Shown piece by piece: positions 20,321 through 29,830 of a stretch of DNA of 64,000 nucleotides (position 1 is the stretch's first letter; every line of letters begins with the position of its first letter). Both the position numbers and the translations under genes were made by a program. The stretch lies in contig CAVUCU010000001.1 in assembly GCA_963740085.1 (NCBI GenBank), positions 1,216,001-1,280,000 of the forward strand. The letters run 5' to 3'. The notes below the pieces were generated by a model. It did no database searches, had not been told where the DNA came from, and saw only the letters and a program-made list of their open reading frames with translations. Origin of the DNA: Nitrospirota bacterium (GTDB taxonomy: Bacteria > Nitrospirota > UBA9217).

Positions 20321-22066
20321 ATGCAGGAAAAGGCAAAAGGCATCAATGAGGACTGGTTGGCATTATGGCTTGGATTGGCGATCTTTGTTCTTTCCTTATT
20401 CACGTTCAGCGGCACGGACATCCTTGGATGGGGGGTCAACACCTCGGTATGGATGGATCCCGGCAAGGCAATGTCCCCCATATCAAAGACGTACCAGACG
20501 GTTAAGGGTGAGATCACCAAGATCGACGGGCAGAAGCTGACCCTCAAGAAAGCGGATGGCAAGGAAGAGACCGTTACCGTCAAAGAGGATACAGCGGCGC
20601 TCACGGTCGGAAGCACCTATGAGAAGAAGGGATTGTCAGGCGCTACCTCGCTCTTTCTGACCTACCTTGCCATGCTCGTCGTCATGTGCATCGGCGCAGT
20701 GCTTCTCAAGGCCGATGTCGTGAAGTTTGCCATCGGGTTCACGTTCGTCTTCTGGATCAGCTACCTGTGCTGGTTCACCGGGCATTTCGCGTATATAGCC
20801 GCCACCAAGGACAAGCTGGGTGCATTTAAGATCCCCTGGGCCTTGAGCCTGACCGGAGAATCCGGGTTCATCGTAGCGCTCATCGCCGGCCTTGTGGTGG
20901 GAAACTTCTTCCCCAAATTTTCCGGCACATTGAAAGAAGCGTCGCGGCCTGAACTGTATATCAAGACCGCAATCGTCATCATGGGCGCCGGCCTGGGCCT
21001 CAAGGCCGCGGAGTCTTTCACCCTTGCGACCAATATCATGTTCCGGGGAATGTGCGCCATCGTTGAAGCCTACCTCATCTACTGGGCCGTCGTATACTAC
21101 CTGGCCCGTAAATATTTCAAGTTCAGTCGTGAATGGGCCGCTCCCCTTGCTTCGGGCATCTCCATCTGCGGTGTCTCGGCGGCGATTGCAACGGGCGGTG
21201 CCATCCGGGCGCGTCCCATTGTGCCCATCATGGTGTCGTCGCTCGTTGTGATCTTTGCGGTGGTCGAGATGCTGATCCTTCCCTTTGCGGCCCAGATCTT
21301 TCTCTGGAAGGAACCGCTGGTTGCCGGCGCCTGGATGGGTCTGGCGGTCAAGACCGACGGCGGCGCTGTGGCTTCCGGCGCCATCACCGACGCCCTCCTC
21401 CGGGCAAAAGCACTTGAAGCGTCAGGCGTCAATTATGAGGCTGGCTGGATAACCATGACCGCCACAACCGTAAAGATGTTCATCGACATCTTTATCGGGG
21501 TCTGGGCCTTCATCCTCGCTTACATCTGGTGCGCCAAGATAGAATGCAAACCCGGAGAAAAGGTCCGGGCTGTGGAAATTTGGTATCGCTTCCCCAAGTT
21601 CGTGATCGGCTACGCGCTTACGTTCTTTATCCTGCTCATCCTTTGCTGGCCCGCCACAACGGCGATCACTCCGGTGGATAAGGAGATCAAGACCGTTCAG
21701 CAGGAGATCACGGCAACGGAAAAGAAGCTTGCCACAGCGGCGCCTTCTGACCAGGCTGCACTGCAGGCAACAATCGGGACAGCCAAGGACAAGATTAAAA
21801 GCCTGAACGACTCGATCAAGGGGCCGAAAGCGACCATCGCGGCGGCAAAAACGTCGACCAGCTCAGGCAATATCTTCCGGGTGCTGTTCTTCGTCTTTAC
21901 CTTCTTCACCATCGGCGTTGTATCCAACTTTAAGAAGCTCATGGAGGAAGGCATCGGTAAATTGATGGTCGTGTATGTCGTCGCTCTGTTCGGGTTCATC
22001 ATCTGGATCGGGCTGTTCATTTCGTGGCTCTTCTTCCACGGGGTGACACCGCCGCTGGCAGGATAA
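20321..22066 (+). CDS. Putative sulfate exporter (YeiH/PSE family) transporter
   Basis: NEDWLA..LGL, ELYIKTAIV..GA, GISICGVSAAIATGGAI, AGAWMG, RFPKFVIG motifs. Alternative start at 20282. Confidence 0.88.
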   Translation: MQEKAKGINEDWLALWLGLAIFVLSLFTFSGTDILGWGVNTSVWMDPGKAMSPISKTYQTVKGEITKIDGQKLTLKKADGKEETVTVKEDTAALTVGSTYEKKGLSGATSLFLTYLAMLVVMCIGAVLLKADVVKFAIGFTFVFWISYLCWFTGHFAYIAATKDKLGAFKIPWALSLTGESGFIVALIAGLVVGNFFPKFSGTLKEASRPELYIKTAIVIMGAGLGLKAAESFTLATNIMFRGMCAIVEAYLIYWAVVYYLARKYFKFSREWAAPLASGISICGVSAAIATGGAIRARPIVPIMVSSLVVIFAVVEMLILPFAAQIFLWKEPLVAGAWMGLAVKTDGGAVASGAITDALLRAKALEASGVNYEAGWITMTATTVKMFIDIFIGVWAFILAYIWCAKIECKPGEKVRAVEIWYRFPKFVIGYALTFFILLILCWPATTAITPVDKEIKTVQQEITATEKKLATAAPSDQAALQATIGTAKDKIKSLNDSIKGPKATIAAAKTSTSSGNIFRVLFFVFTFFTIGVVSNFKKLMEEGIGKLMVVYVVALFGFIIWIGLFISWLFFHGVTPPLAG

Positions 22067-22094
22067 ATCATATCGCGCATAGGGGGTATTGACC

Positions 22095-22256
22095 ATGGCA
22101 GACAATCCAAAATTGTCAGAGGAATTAAAAAAGATGGAGTATGAACCGCTCCTGCCGGTCGAGCTGACGCTCATCCGGTGGAGCATCGGCATTGGAGTGG
22201 TGTCGCTCGTGGTCCTGTACTGGGTGAGCATTACGTTCTTCCCGGGCGGCCATTAG
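22095..22256 (+). CDS. 53-aa single-TM membrane microprotein (not in ORF track)
   Basis: SD aggggg, ATG 22095; MADNPKLSEELKKMEYEPLLPVELTLIRWSIGIGVVSLVVLYWVSITFFPGGH*; a terminator follows. Confidence 0.8.
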   Translation: MADNPKLSEELKKMEYEPLLPVELTLIRWSIGIGVVSLVVLYWVSITFFPGGH

Positions 22257-22270
22257 GGGAAAGTCGAGCG

Positions 22271-22302
22271 GGGCGGCGGGCCAGTGCCTGCCGCCCTTTT
22301 TT
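22271..22302 (+). terminator. Rho-independent terminator
   Basis: gggcggcggg-N6-cctgccgccc followed by T6. Confidence 0.85.
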
Positions 22303-22344
22303 AACGGAGCGGAGCCACGTCCGAAGCCGCGAAGGGCCGAAACC

Positions 22345-22608
22345 ATGCATCTTGATGAATATGAGATATCCCTCTTTCGTGAAGTAGGTGTCTGTAAAAG
22401 CCATGTACGAAAATATCAGCGCCTGCTGGACAGAATGGAGGTACGCTACGGCATGACGACGGCCTCGTTCAAGGATCAGTACGGAAGCGCGCCCTGCTCA
22501 ACGGACAACCAGGACTTTGCCGCATGGTTCGCGGCATGCGAAGCGATCGGTATATGGGAAGCGCGGCAGCGCGACTATGAGAATGCGTATCGCCTCATGA
22601 AGATCTAG
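22345..22608 (+). CDS. Hypothetical 87-aa helical protein
   Basis: Coherent ORF with a ME.RYGM.T..F...Y...D..DF..W pattern; function unknown. Confidence 0.65.
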   Translation: MHLDEYEISLFREVGVCKSHVRKYQRLLDRMEVRYGMTTASFKDQYGSAPCSTDNQDFAAWFAACEAIGIWEARQRDYENAYRLMKI

Positions 22609-22758
22609 CAGCGCATCGTTCATGGCTTGTATCCGGCTATCCGGAACGTCTGCAGCCTTTCCGTCCTTTACCGCCCTGCCTTTAATCAGCCCTTTACCTC
22701 TCCATACATTCTGATATACTGTCCGTGATCCGTCACAACCCAAGGAAAGGAATGCCCC

Positions 22759-24333
22759 ATGGACCTCGGCTCATACGGCTCTCTTTCGTTCGACCTTTCA
22801 TTCCTTTCTGCACTCTTCAGCATCGTCATCATCGACCTTATTCTCGCAGGCGACAACGCCGTGGTGATCGCCATGGCGGTACGCTCGCTTCCGAACGAAC
22901 GGCGAAAAAAAGGCATCCTCTTCGGGGCAGGCGCGGCAGTTCTGCTCCGGGTCGTTCTGACCTTCTTTGTGGCCCAGCTTCTGAATGTCAGTTATGTGAA
23001 GTTCGTCGGTGGCCTGCTGATTCTCTGGATCGCGGTAAAGCTCTTTGTCGAGGGCACGCCCGAGGACGGCCAGGAAAGACCCTCGGCCACCATCTGGCAG
23101 GCGATCAAGATCATCGTGATCGCCGACATCACTATGTCGCTCGACAATATGCTGGCTGTGGGCGGGGCGTCTCACGGCAACGTATTTCTTCTGCTCTTCG
23201 GCCTCGGGCTCTCCATCCCCTTCATCGTTTTTACGAGCAACCTGCTTTCCACGCTTATGGACAAATACCCTGTTATAATTTATATCGGCGCCGCAGTCCT
23301 CGGCAAGGTGGGTGGCGAGATGATGATTTCCGACCCCTTCTCGGTCAGGCTTCTGCCTGATTCGCTGTTGACGCCTGACCGACTCCACCCGCTTCCGTTG
23401 TTGCAATATTCCGTGGAGGCCTTTTTTGCCGCCGGGGTGATCCTCGCGGGCAAGCTCTGGATGCGCCTGATGGTCCGAACAGAAAAGGAGGTCGCCGTGA
23501 GCATGATGCCGACAGGGGGAGAATCACTGAACCTGAAGGCGGTCCTGACCATCTCGAGGGAGTTCGGGAGCGGCGGCAGGGAGATCGGCCTGGCGGTTGC
23601 CCGGGAACTGGGCTACGAATATGTGGACCGGGAGTCCATCCTTGCCGACATCCGGAAGGATGGCCCGAAATGGGAGCAGTGGGCCGAAAATCTGAACGAA
23701 CATTGTCCCACGGTATGGGAAAAGTACGACTGGTCCTTCCGGGGTTTCGCAGCCCTCGTACAGTGGCATATTCTTGAACATGCAGAGCGCGGCGGCGTGG
23801 TTATCGTGGGACGGGGAGGGAACTTCCTGCTCAAAGGCATTCCTCATGCTTACCGGATCCGCGTGACCGCGCCGATGGAAGTTCGGATCGAGAGGACCAT
23901 GAAACGGGACAGTGTAGATCAGGACACGGCGCGCTGGCTCTGCGAGAAAACGGACAGCGAGCGGGCCTGTTTTCTCCATGCGATCTACGGCGGCCGATGG
24001 GACGATCCCGGGGAATACGACCGGGTCCTCTCTGTGACAAGCCAGTCTGTGAACCTCGAGGTGAAAGTGGTCATCAAGGCCCTTTTGCAGCGCACCGTTA
24101 CCGATGAAGCACGAAAGACCCTCCATCTTCGGACAGCCGCAGCAAGGATCAGGGCCGGGATCGCCACGAACCCTCACTTTTTCATTCCTGTTTTCGACGT
24201 TCTTCCTGATGGCGAAGGCCTTATCCTCCGGGGCATCACCCACACACCCAAGGAGCACAAGCGCATCGAGGATGAGGCAAAGCGGATCGCCGGAGATCTC
24301 CCGGTGAGGTGCGAACTGCGTTACCGGAAATAA
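22759..24333 (+). CDS. TerC/YjbE-family membrane protein fused to a cytidylate-kinase-like domain
   Basis: IDLILAGDNAVVIAMA and ADITMSLDNMLAV (TerC), then LTISREFGSGG P-loop and VIVGRGG (cytidylate kinase-like), all in one frame. Confidence 0.85.
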   Translation: MDLGSYGSLSFDLSFLSALFSIVIIDLILAGDNAVVIAMAVRSLPNERRKKGILFGAGAAVLLRVVLTFFVAQLLNVSYVKFVGGLLILWIAVKLFVEGTPEDGQERPSATIWQAIKIIVIADITMSLDNMLAVGGASHGNVFLLLFGLGLSIPFIVFTSNLLSTLMDKYPVIIYIGAAVLGKVGGEMMISDPFSVRLLPDSLLTPDRLHPLPLLQYSVEAFFAAGVILAGKLWMRLMVRTEKEVAVSMMPTGGESLNLKAVLTISREFGSGGREIGLAVARELGYEYVDRESILADIRKDGPKWEQWAENLNEHCPTVWEKYDWSFRGFAALVQWHILEHAERGGVVIVGRGGNFLLKGIPHAYRIRVTAPMEVRIERTMKRDSVDQDTARWLCEKTDSERACFLHAIYGGRWDDPGEYDRVLSVTSQSVNLEVKVVIKALLQRTVTDEARKTLHLRTAAARIRAGIATNPHFFIPVFDVLPDGEGLILRGITHTPKEHKRIEDEAKRIAGDLPVRCELRYRK

Positions 24334-24336
24334 TCA

Positions 24337-25482
24337 CTATACACCGAGCATCTTGTGACAAATACGGCAAGACGCAGGGGGGTCTGGATAGGATGCAACA
24401 GTTTCCCCCTCCTGTTCGCTTCCGAACAACCATAGGGGGGAAAACAGCCGAGGAGATCGCCGTGCTCTCTGGATAAGAGGTTCCCGGAACAATGAATACT
24501 CCACCCCATTCCATATCCTGTTTAAGGGTTCCTGAAAAATATTCCCGAAATTCATCTGCTCGGACCCATACTCATGTCCACAATGGATTTTGGTAAACCG
24601 GGGTGAGGTCGGTGGATGCAGATAGACACACGGTGATACCTCGCCGTTTGCCGAAATATAAAGATTCTTCAGAGGATTTTCTTCACATACTGCCACCGGG
24701 GATGGGGAAAGGGCCGAGAGTCTCAGGTGGACGCCCTTACTCCGCGCCTCCTCATCGGCAATGTGCAGGACCTCCAGCGCGTCATTACGCTCTTCGCACG
24801 TAAAGATCCTCTGCTCATCCTGCCAGGAATTCGTCACTTGGATCAGATTCGTCAGGAAGATCTCCTGGATGCCGATATCGCGGGCGAGTCCGGGAAGTGC
24901 GGGAATATCATTGAGATTGTCCCTGAGCATCACATAGACGATATGCGTTCGCAGTCCAGCCAATCCCCTCTTCTGCTTGAGTTCATTGAACGCGGCTACC
25001 GCGTGAATGAGTTCTCGAAAGTCCGAGTTGAGCCGGATTGCTTCGTGAGTTTTCGCTGTACTGCCCGCAAAGGAAAACCCGAGAAAATCGATCCCGGCAT
25101 CCATAAGCTCGGCGCTCAGGCGATCATTCAATCCCTTTCCGCTGGTGACAAAACCAACGGCAGCCGATTCAGCTCCGGCATGGCGGGAAGGATTGCTGCT
25201 ATTTTTCGTCGGAGATTTCGCAGCCCGAATAATTGCGCCGATATCTTTATGGAGCAACGGCTCACCCCAGCCCTGCAGGATGATCGTCTCCACGTCATGA
25301 AAATAAGGAACAAGCTTTTCAAAATCGCAGAGTTGCATATCTTCGGCTACCCAATCGGACCGGCCATGCCTGATGCACATGCGGCAGTTGAGCGGGCAGC
25401 GCGTGGTGATCTCGATCTGCCATGCAAAGAATTTTTTGTGAAGGCGCCGGGGGAACAGCTTTGTAAACAATCCGTGGCTCAT
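24337..25482 (-). CDS. Radical SAM/SPASM domain protein
   Basis: CPLNCRMC, GWGEP, C-terminal C..P...YISANGEVSPC and CRIC. Confidence 0.88.
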   Translation of the reverse strand: MSHGLFTKLFPRRLHKKFFAWQIEITTRCPLNCRMCIRHGRSDWVAEDMQLCDFEKLVPYFHDVETIILQGWGEPLLHKDIGAIIRAAKSPTKNSSNPSRHAGAESAAVGFVTSGKGLNDRLSAELMDAGIDFLGFSFAGSTAKTHEAIRLNSDFRELIHAVAAFNELKQKRGLAGLRTHIVYVMLRDNLNDIPALPGLARDIGIQEIFLTNLIQVTNSWQDEQRIFTCEERNDALEVLHIADEEARSKGVHLRLSALSPSPVAVCEENPLKNLYISANGEVSPCVYLHPPTSPRFTKIHCGHEYGSEQMNFGNIFQEPLNRIWNGVEYSLFREPLIQRARRSPRLFSPLWLFGSEQEGETVASYPDPPASCRICHKMLGV

Positions 25483-25657
25483 ATGTTTTTACAGGATAAG
25501 ACGAACACTGTCCCACGATATCGTGAGCAGCGAGTAAGGAGAAAAAACGGCTCTTGATACATTATAACAAAAAGCAGGAACAGATTGATTCGCGAGCTAA
25601 CCTTGATACTATTGCCTTGACTTAATAAATCCGTCTGATATGATTTAATCTTCAACC

Positions 25658-28582
25658 ATGATAACTCCTTATTCGGAGGCTGTCTTGAAAAAAATTCTCT
25701 TATTGTGCTCCATTCTTATACTTCACGCCTCTTTTGCATCTGCCAAATTCGACCCCGCCTTTACCTGGACCACGCTCCGGACGCCGCACTTTTATATCCA
25801 CTATCACCAGGGCGAAGAGGAGATCGCGAAGCGTACCGCGGTCATCGCAGAGGACGTGCACGTTCGACTGGTTCCGCGCATCAAGTGGGAGCCGAAGGGA
25901 CGGACGCACCTCGTCCTTGTCGATGCTGAAGACGCCACGAACGGCCTGACCACTCCGTTTCCCTACAATCATATTACGCTTTACCTCACGCAGCCCGTGG
26001 GCGCTCCAGGCTTCGGAACAACGGCCTACGACGACTGGATGAGAACGCTCATCACGCACGAGTATACCCACATTCTGCACCTCGACATGGTCCACGGTTC
26101 GACCGAGGTGCTCCAGGATGTCCTTGGCAGGCTCTATTTCCCAAACCTCTTTGAGCCCATCTGGATGATCGAGGGCCTGGCCACGTACGAAGAGACTGAG
26201 CAGACCTCGGGAGGACGCGGCATTTCGCCTGGCTCCGAGATGGTGATTCGAATGGCCGTGCTCGAGGACAAGTTTCCGCGCCTCTCCCAGGCAGCTGTAT
26301 TCCCCGACTTCTGGCCCTCGGGTCAGGTCCCGTACCTCTTCGGCGAAGGGTTTACTCGTTTTATTGTCGAAAGATACGGCAGGGAAAAGCTTGCCGATAT
26401 TTATCTCAGTTACAGCAGGTTCGGCATTCCCTGGCTCGTGGATGCGAATGGCCGATGGACTCTGGGTCAATGGTACAGCGACCTCTGGGATGAATGGCAA
26501 AAGGAGCTAAAAACACGATACGAAAAAAAACGGGATGAGTTGAGCGCAAAAGGCCTGACAGCCTCACTTGCCTTGACCCGGCGAGGGTACGTAAATGACG
26601 CTCCTGTCTTCTCGCCTGATGGGAAAAGCATAGCTTACGCTGTTTCAAATGAGGATGAATTCCCCGCTATCTATATCATGAACGCGGACGGGACCGGAGA
26701 CCGCAAACTGATAGAGAACACAACCTCCTCGACATCCTCGGGCGAAAGCATCGCCTGGAGCCCCGATGGCAGCGGTATTTACTATACAAAGATCGATGTC
26801 ATCAGGAACACGGACGTTTATAATGACATCTATTTTTATGATATAAGTGCGAACAAGGAAGTGCGGATTACGAACGGACTCCGCGCCCGCGACCCCTATC
26901 CTTCGCCGGACAATAAGAAGCTCATCTTTGTTACGAACAAGCTCGGCAGGAACCGTCTCGCTTCGATCAATTTTGCCGCCACCAGGGGCCATGCAGTCAG
27001 GGAGTCCGATATCACCTGGCTTTCCGCCGAGACCGCGGACCAGTACGAAACGCCGCGATACAGTCCGGACGGGACCCTGATCGTCTTGGGTGTATGGCAG
27101 CCGGGCGGCTACAAAGATATCTGGGTCCTCGACGATCGGGGAAACAAGATCGCAGAACTGATGCACGATCGCGCGATTGACGGAAACGCAACATGGAGTC
27201 CTGATGGAAAGATCATCTACTTTTCCTCCGACCGTACGGGAATCTTCAACCTCTACGCCTTCGACCGCACAACAAAGAAGATCTACCAGATAACCAGCGT
27301 GCTCGGGGGCGCATTCACGCCTGCACCCTCTCCCGACGGGAAAACGCTTGTTTTTTCATCATACAGCTCCGCAGGATACGACATTCATATGAGGCCGGCG
27401 GACCTCGACTCATGGAAACCGGCAGAGGCATACAAGGATCCGCGCCCTGTCGTCACCTATGCCGAGAAGCCGGTTGAGATGCAAACGAAGGCATACAATC
27501 CCCTCCCCACGCTCGTCCCGCGTTTCTGGATCCCCTGGTATGGGTATAGTGAGGAAAGCCGCGACCTTTTCGGATTTCTGACGTTCGGCCAGGACGCGGT
27601 TGAGCGCCACTCCTATTCGTTGACCGGTCTTTACAGTCCCAAGACGTACCGCAAGTGGTACGCGTTCGACTATGCCTATGACGGGTTGTACCCGACCATC
27701 CAGGTCGCGGCATCGGACGTGGATGGGACGTTCAGCGACCTGCTGATTGATACGACCAGGTCAAAGGATTATGTGCAGCGTGAGAAGACTCTTGATGCAT
27801 CGCTCGTGTTTCCCCTGCTCAAATTTCAGAAACAGCACGCCCTGGTCATCGGGTACCGGAGGAAAGAAATTTCAGCGCTTACCCAGCTCCCGCCCTGGCC
27901 CGGCTATAACGGTCCCGTTCCCTCCGAGGGTTCTCTGATATCGGGCCGCGCCGCTTATATCTTCAACAATGCGAAGCAATATGGCTTTTCCATCAGCCCG
28001 GAGAACGGCCGGACCGTCGAAGTGGGGTACAAACGCTACGATAAATCGATCGGCAGCGATTTCAATATCACCAAATATACTGCTGACTGGCATGAGTATA
28101 TCGACTTTCCGTGGAAGCACCACGTGCTCCTGGCCCGAGCCTTTGCCGGGAACTCGGCCGGCGATGTAATGCCCCAGGGCGCATTCCAGGTAGGGGGCGA
28201 TAATCCCGGCGACACGTTACTACAGGTTGATGACGAGTCGGTCTATTTGCGCGGCTACCGGATCAATGAATTTCGCGGCAGAAAGGCAGGCCTCGCGAGT
28301 CTCGAGTACCGTTTCCCGATCAAGGACATCGAATTGGGCTGGAGCAGCACTCCCGTATTTTTACGACGCGTCCACGGTGCAGTCTTTGCCGAAGCCGGCA
28401 ATGCCTGGGATAACGCATTCCGCAGCAGGGAATTCAAACGGTCTGCCGGCGCTGAGGTCCGGCTCGACACAAGCCTAGTTTACAGTCTCCCCATCACGTT
28501 CCGAATTGTGTTTGCGCACGGCTTTGACGAAAAAGGTGAGTCGCAGGTCTATGTATCGCTCTGGATGCCGGCGTTGTTTTAG
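25658..28582 (+). CDS. Secreted/outer-membrane protein: zinc peptidase-like (HEYTH) + TolB/PD40 beta-propeller + Omp85/BamA-like barrel
   Basis: Signal peptide; HEYTH...W..EGLATY gluzincin motif; repeated (F/W)SPDG; C-terminal LRGY, LEYRFP, F.EAGNAW. Confidence 0.85.
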   Translation: MITPYSEAVLKKILLLCSILILHASFASAKFDPAFTWTTLRTPHFYIHYHQGEEEIAKRTAVIAEDVHVRLVPRIKWEPKGRTHLVLVDAEDATNGLTTPFPYNHITLYLTQPVGAPGFGTTAYDDWMRTLITHEYTHILHLDMVHGSTEVLQDVLGRLYFPNLFEPIWMIEGLATYEETEQTSGGRGISPGSEMVIRMAVLEDKFPRLSQAAVFPDFWPSGQVPYLFGEGFTRFIVERYGREKLADIYLSYSRFGIPWLVDANGRWTLGQWYSDLWDEWQKELKTRYEKKRDELSAKGLTASLALTRRGYVNDAPVFSPDGKSIAYAVSNEDEFPAIYIMNADGTGDRKLIENTTSSTSSGESIAWSPDGSGIYYTKIDVIRNTDVYNDIYFYDISANKEVRITNGLRARDPYPSPDNKKLIFVTNKLGRNRLASINFAATRGHAVRESDITWLSAETADQYETPRYSPDGTLIVLGVWQPGGYKDIWVLDDRGNKIAELMHDRAIDGNATWSPDGKIIYFSSDRTGIFNLYAFDRTTKKIYQITSVLGGAFTPAPSPDGKTLVFSSYSSAGYDIHMRPADLDSWKPAEAYKDPRPVVTYAEKPVEMQTKAYNPLPTLVPRFWIPWYGYSEESRDLFGFLTFGQDAVERHSYSLTGLYSPKTYRKWYAFDYAYDGLYPTIQVAASDVDGTFSDLLIDTTRSKDYVQREKTLDASLVFPLLKFQKQHALVIGYRRKEISALTQLPPWPGYNGPVPSEGSLISGRAAYIFNNAKQYGFSISPENGRTVEVGYKRYDKSIGSDFNITKYTADWHEYIDFPWKHHVLLARAFAGNSAGDVMPQGAFQVGGDNPGDTLLQVDDESVYLRGYRINEFRGRKAGLASLEYRFPIKDIELGWSSTPVFLRRVHGAVFAEAGNAWDNAFRSREFKRSAGAEVRLDTSLVYSLPITFRIVFAHGFDEKGESQVYVSLWMPALF

Positions 28583-28657
28583 ATTGAATCGGTTCTTGCG
28601 GCAAGTCGGTAATGTATCTGCTCTTGATGGAAGGTTTTAAGATAAAGGAGGTGCTTC

Positions 28658-29548
28658 ATGATACTGGTCACGGGCGGTACAGGATTCGTCGGCAGTAATC
28701 TGATCAAGCGCCTGCGTCAGGAGGGCATTCCCGTGCGGGCGATCGTCAGGGATCCTAGCAAGGCCCAGGCGCTCAGAGACCTCGGAGTTGATGTCATCAG
28801 GGGTGATATATCGGACCCAGGCTCGCTCGAGAAAGCGACGATCGGCATTGAGCGCATCATCCATCTCGTGGGCATCATCCAGGAGGCGACGGGAGCGACC
28901 TTCCATGGTGTGCATGTTGACGGCACGCGGAACCTTCTGGCTGCGGCGAGAAAGAACAGTGTGCGCCACTTCTTTTACCAGAGCGCCCTCGGCACGCGGC
29001 CCAACGCCAGTAGCGGGTATCACAAGACCAAGTGGGCGGCAGAGGAACTCGTACGCGCCAGCGGAATCTCCTATACCATCCTGCGACCCTCTCTCATCTA
29101 CGGTGCCGGCGATCAGTTCACCATCAGGCTGTCGGAGATGATCCGGCTGTCGCCCCTTGTGCCCGTCATCGGTTCTGGCAGATCGAAGGTACAGCCGATC
29201 TATATCGACGATGTTGTGATGTGCATACTGAAGGCCGTGACGAGTGATTGTTGCTTGAACGAGATATACGAGATCGGAGGGCCGGATCAGCTATCTTACG
29301 AAGAAGTCACCGTTGCGATCGCCGACGCCATGGGTGTGAAGCGGCCTACGGTCCACCTGCCGCTCTTCTTCATGAAGTCCATGGCGACGATATCCGAAGC
29401 CGTACTGCCCAAAGCCCCGGTGACCATGGACCAGCTCATCATGCTGCAGGAAGACACCGTATGCAACATGCGCGACATCCGCGATGCCTTCGGCGTCGAA
29501 CCCATCGGGTTTCGGGAGGGGCTGAAAAAGTTCATTCGTCCCGCATAA
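28658..29548 (+). CDS. NAD-dependent epimerase/dehydratase (NDUFA9-like atypical SDR)
   Basis: MILVTGGTGFVG, HLVGII, YHKTK..AEE, RPSLIYG, QPIYIDDV. Confidence 0.92.
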   Translation: MILVTGGTGFVGSNLIKRLRQEGIPVRAIVRDPSKAQALRDLGVDVIRGDISDPGSLEKATIGIERIIHLVGIIQEATGATFHGVHVDGTRNLLAAARKNSVRHFFYQSALGTRPNASSGYHKTKWAAEELVRASGISYTILRPSLIYGAGDQFTIRLSEMIRLSPLVPVIGSGRSKVQPIYIDDVVMCILKAVTSDCCLNEIYEIGGPDQLSYEEVTVAIADAMGVKRPTVHLPLFFMKSMATISEAVLPKAPVTMDQLIMLQEDTVCNMRDIRDAFGVEPIGFREGLKKFIRPA

Positions 29549-29788
29549 CACTCAAAATATAAAACAGTATCTCACTCCGATATTTATCCGGCCTTAAGAA
29601 TATCCAAAGGGACTGTGAAATAATAGCGGCATGATTTTGATACGGCAAGAAGGCATCCGGCTCTCTATCTTAGACCGGAAAGCACAAAGGCGGATTTCAA
29701 CCGGTAATTGTGGGAGAAGTCATAAGAGGCCGTGCTTCCCGGGTTGATCATTGACGGAAAGCTCGCACTTGCATATACCCAAAAACGG

Positions 29789-29815
29789 CATGCCCCCGGT
29801 CCTGCCGGGGGCATG
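29789..29815. terminator. Terminator hairpin downstream of the Ig-repeat gene
   Basis: catgcccccgg-N5-ccgggggcatg; a T-run lies just downstream on the minus strand. Confidence 0.7.
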
Positions 29816-29830
29816 TATGAAAAGTGCAGG

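Noticed and set aside
29640-29705. Riboswitch-like hairpin (tccGGTCTAA...AGCcgga) on the minus strand
   Set aside because: It lies between convergent gene ends, not in a leader, and lacks the upstream GGCAAA/P2 elements.
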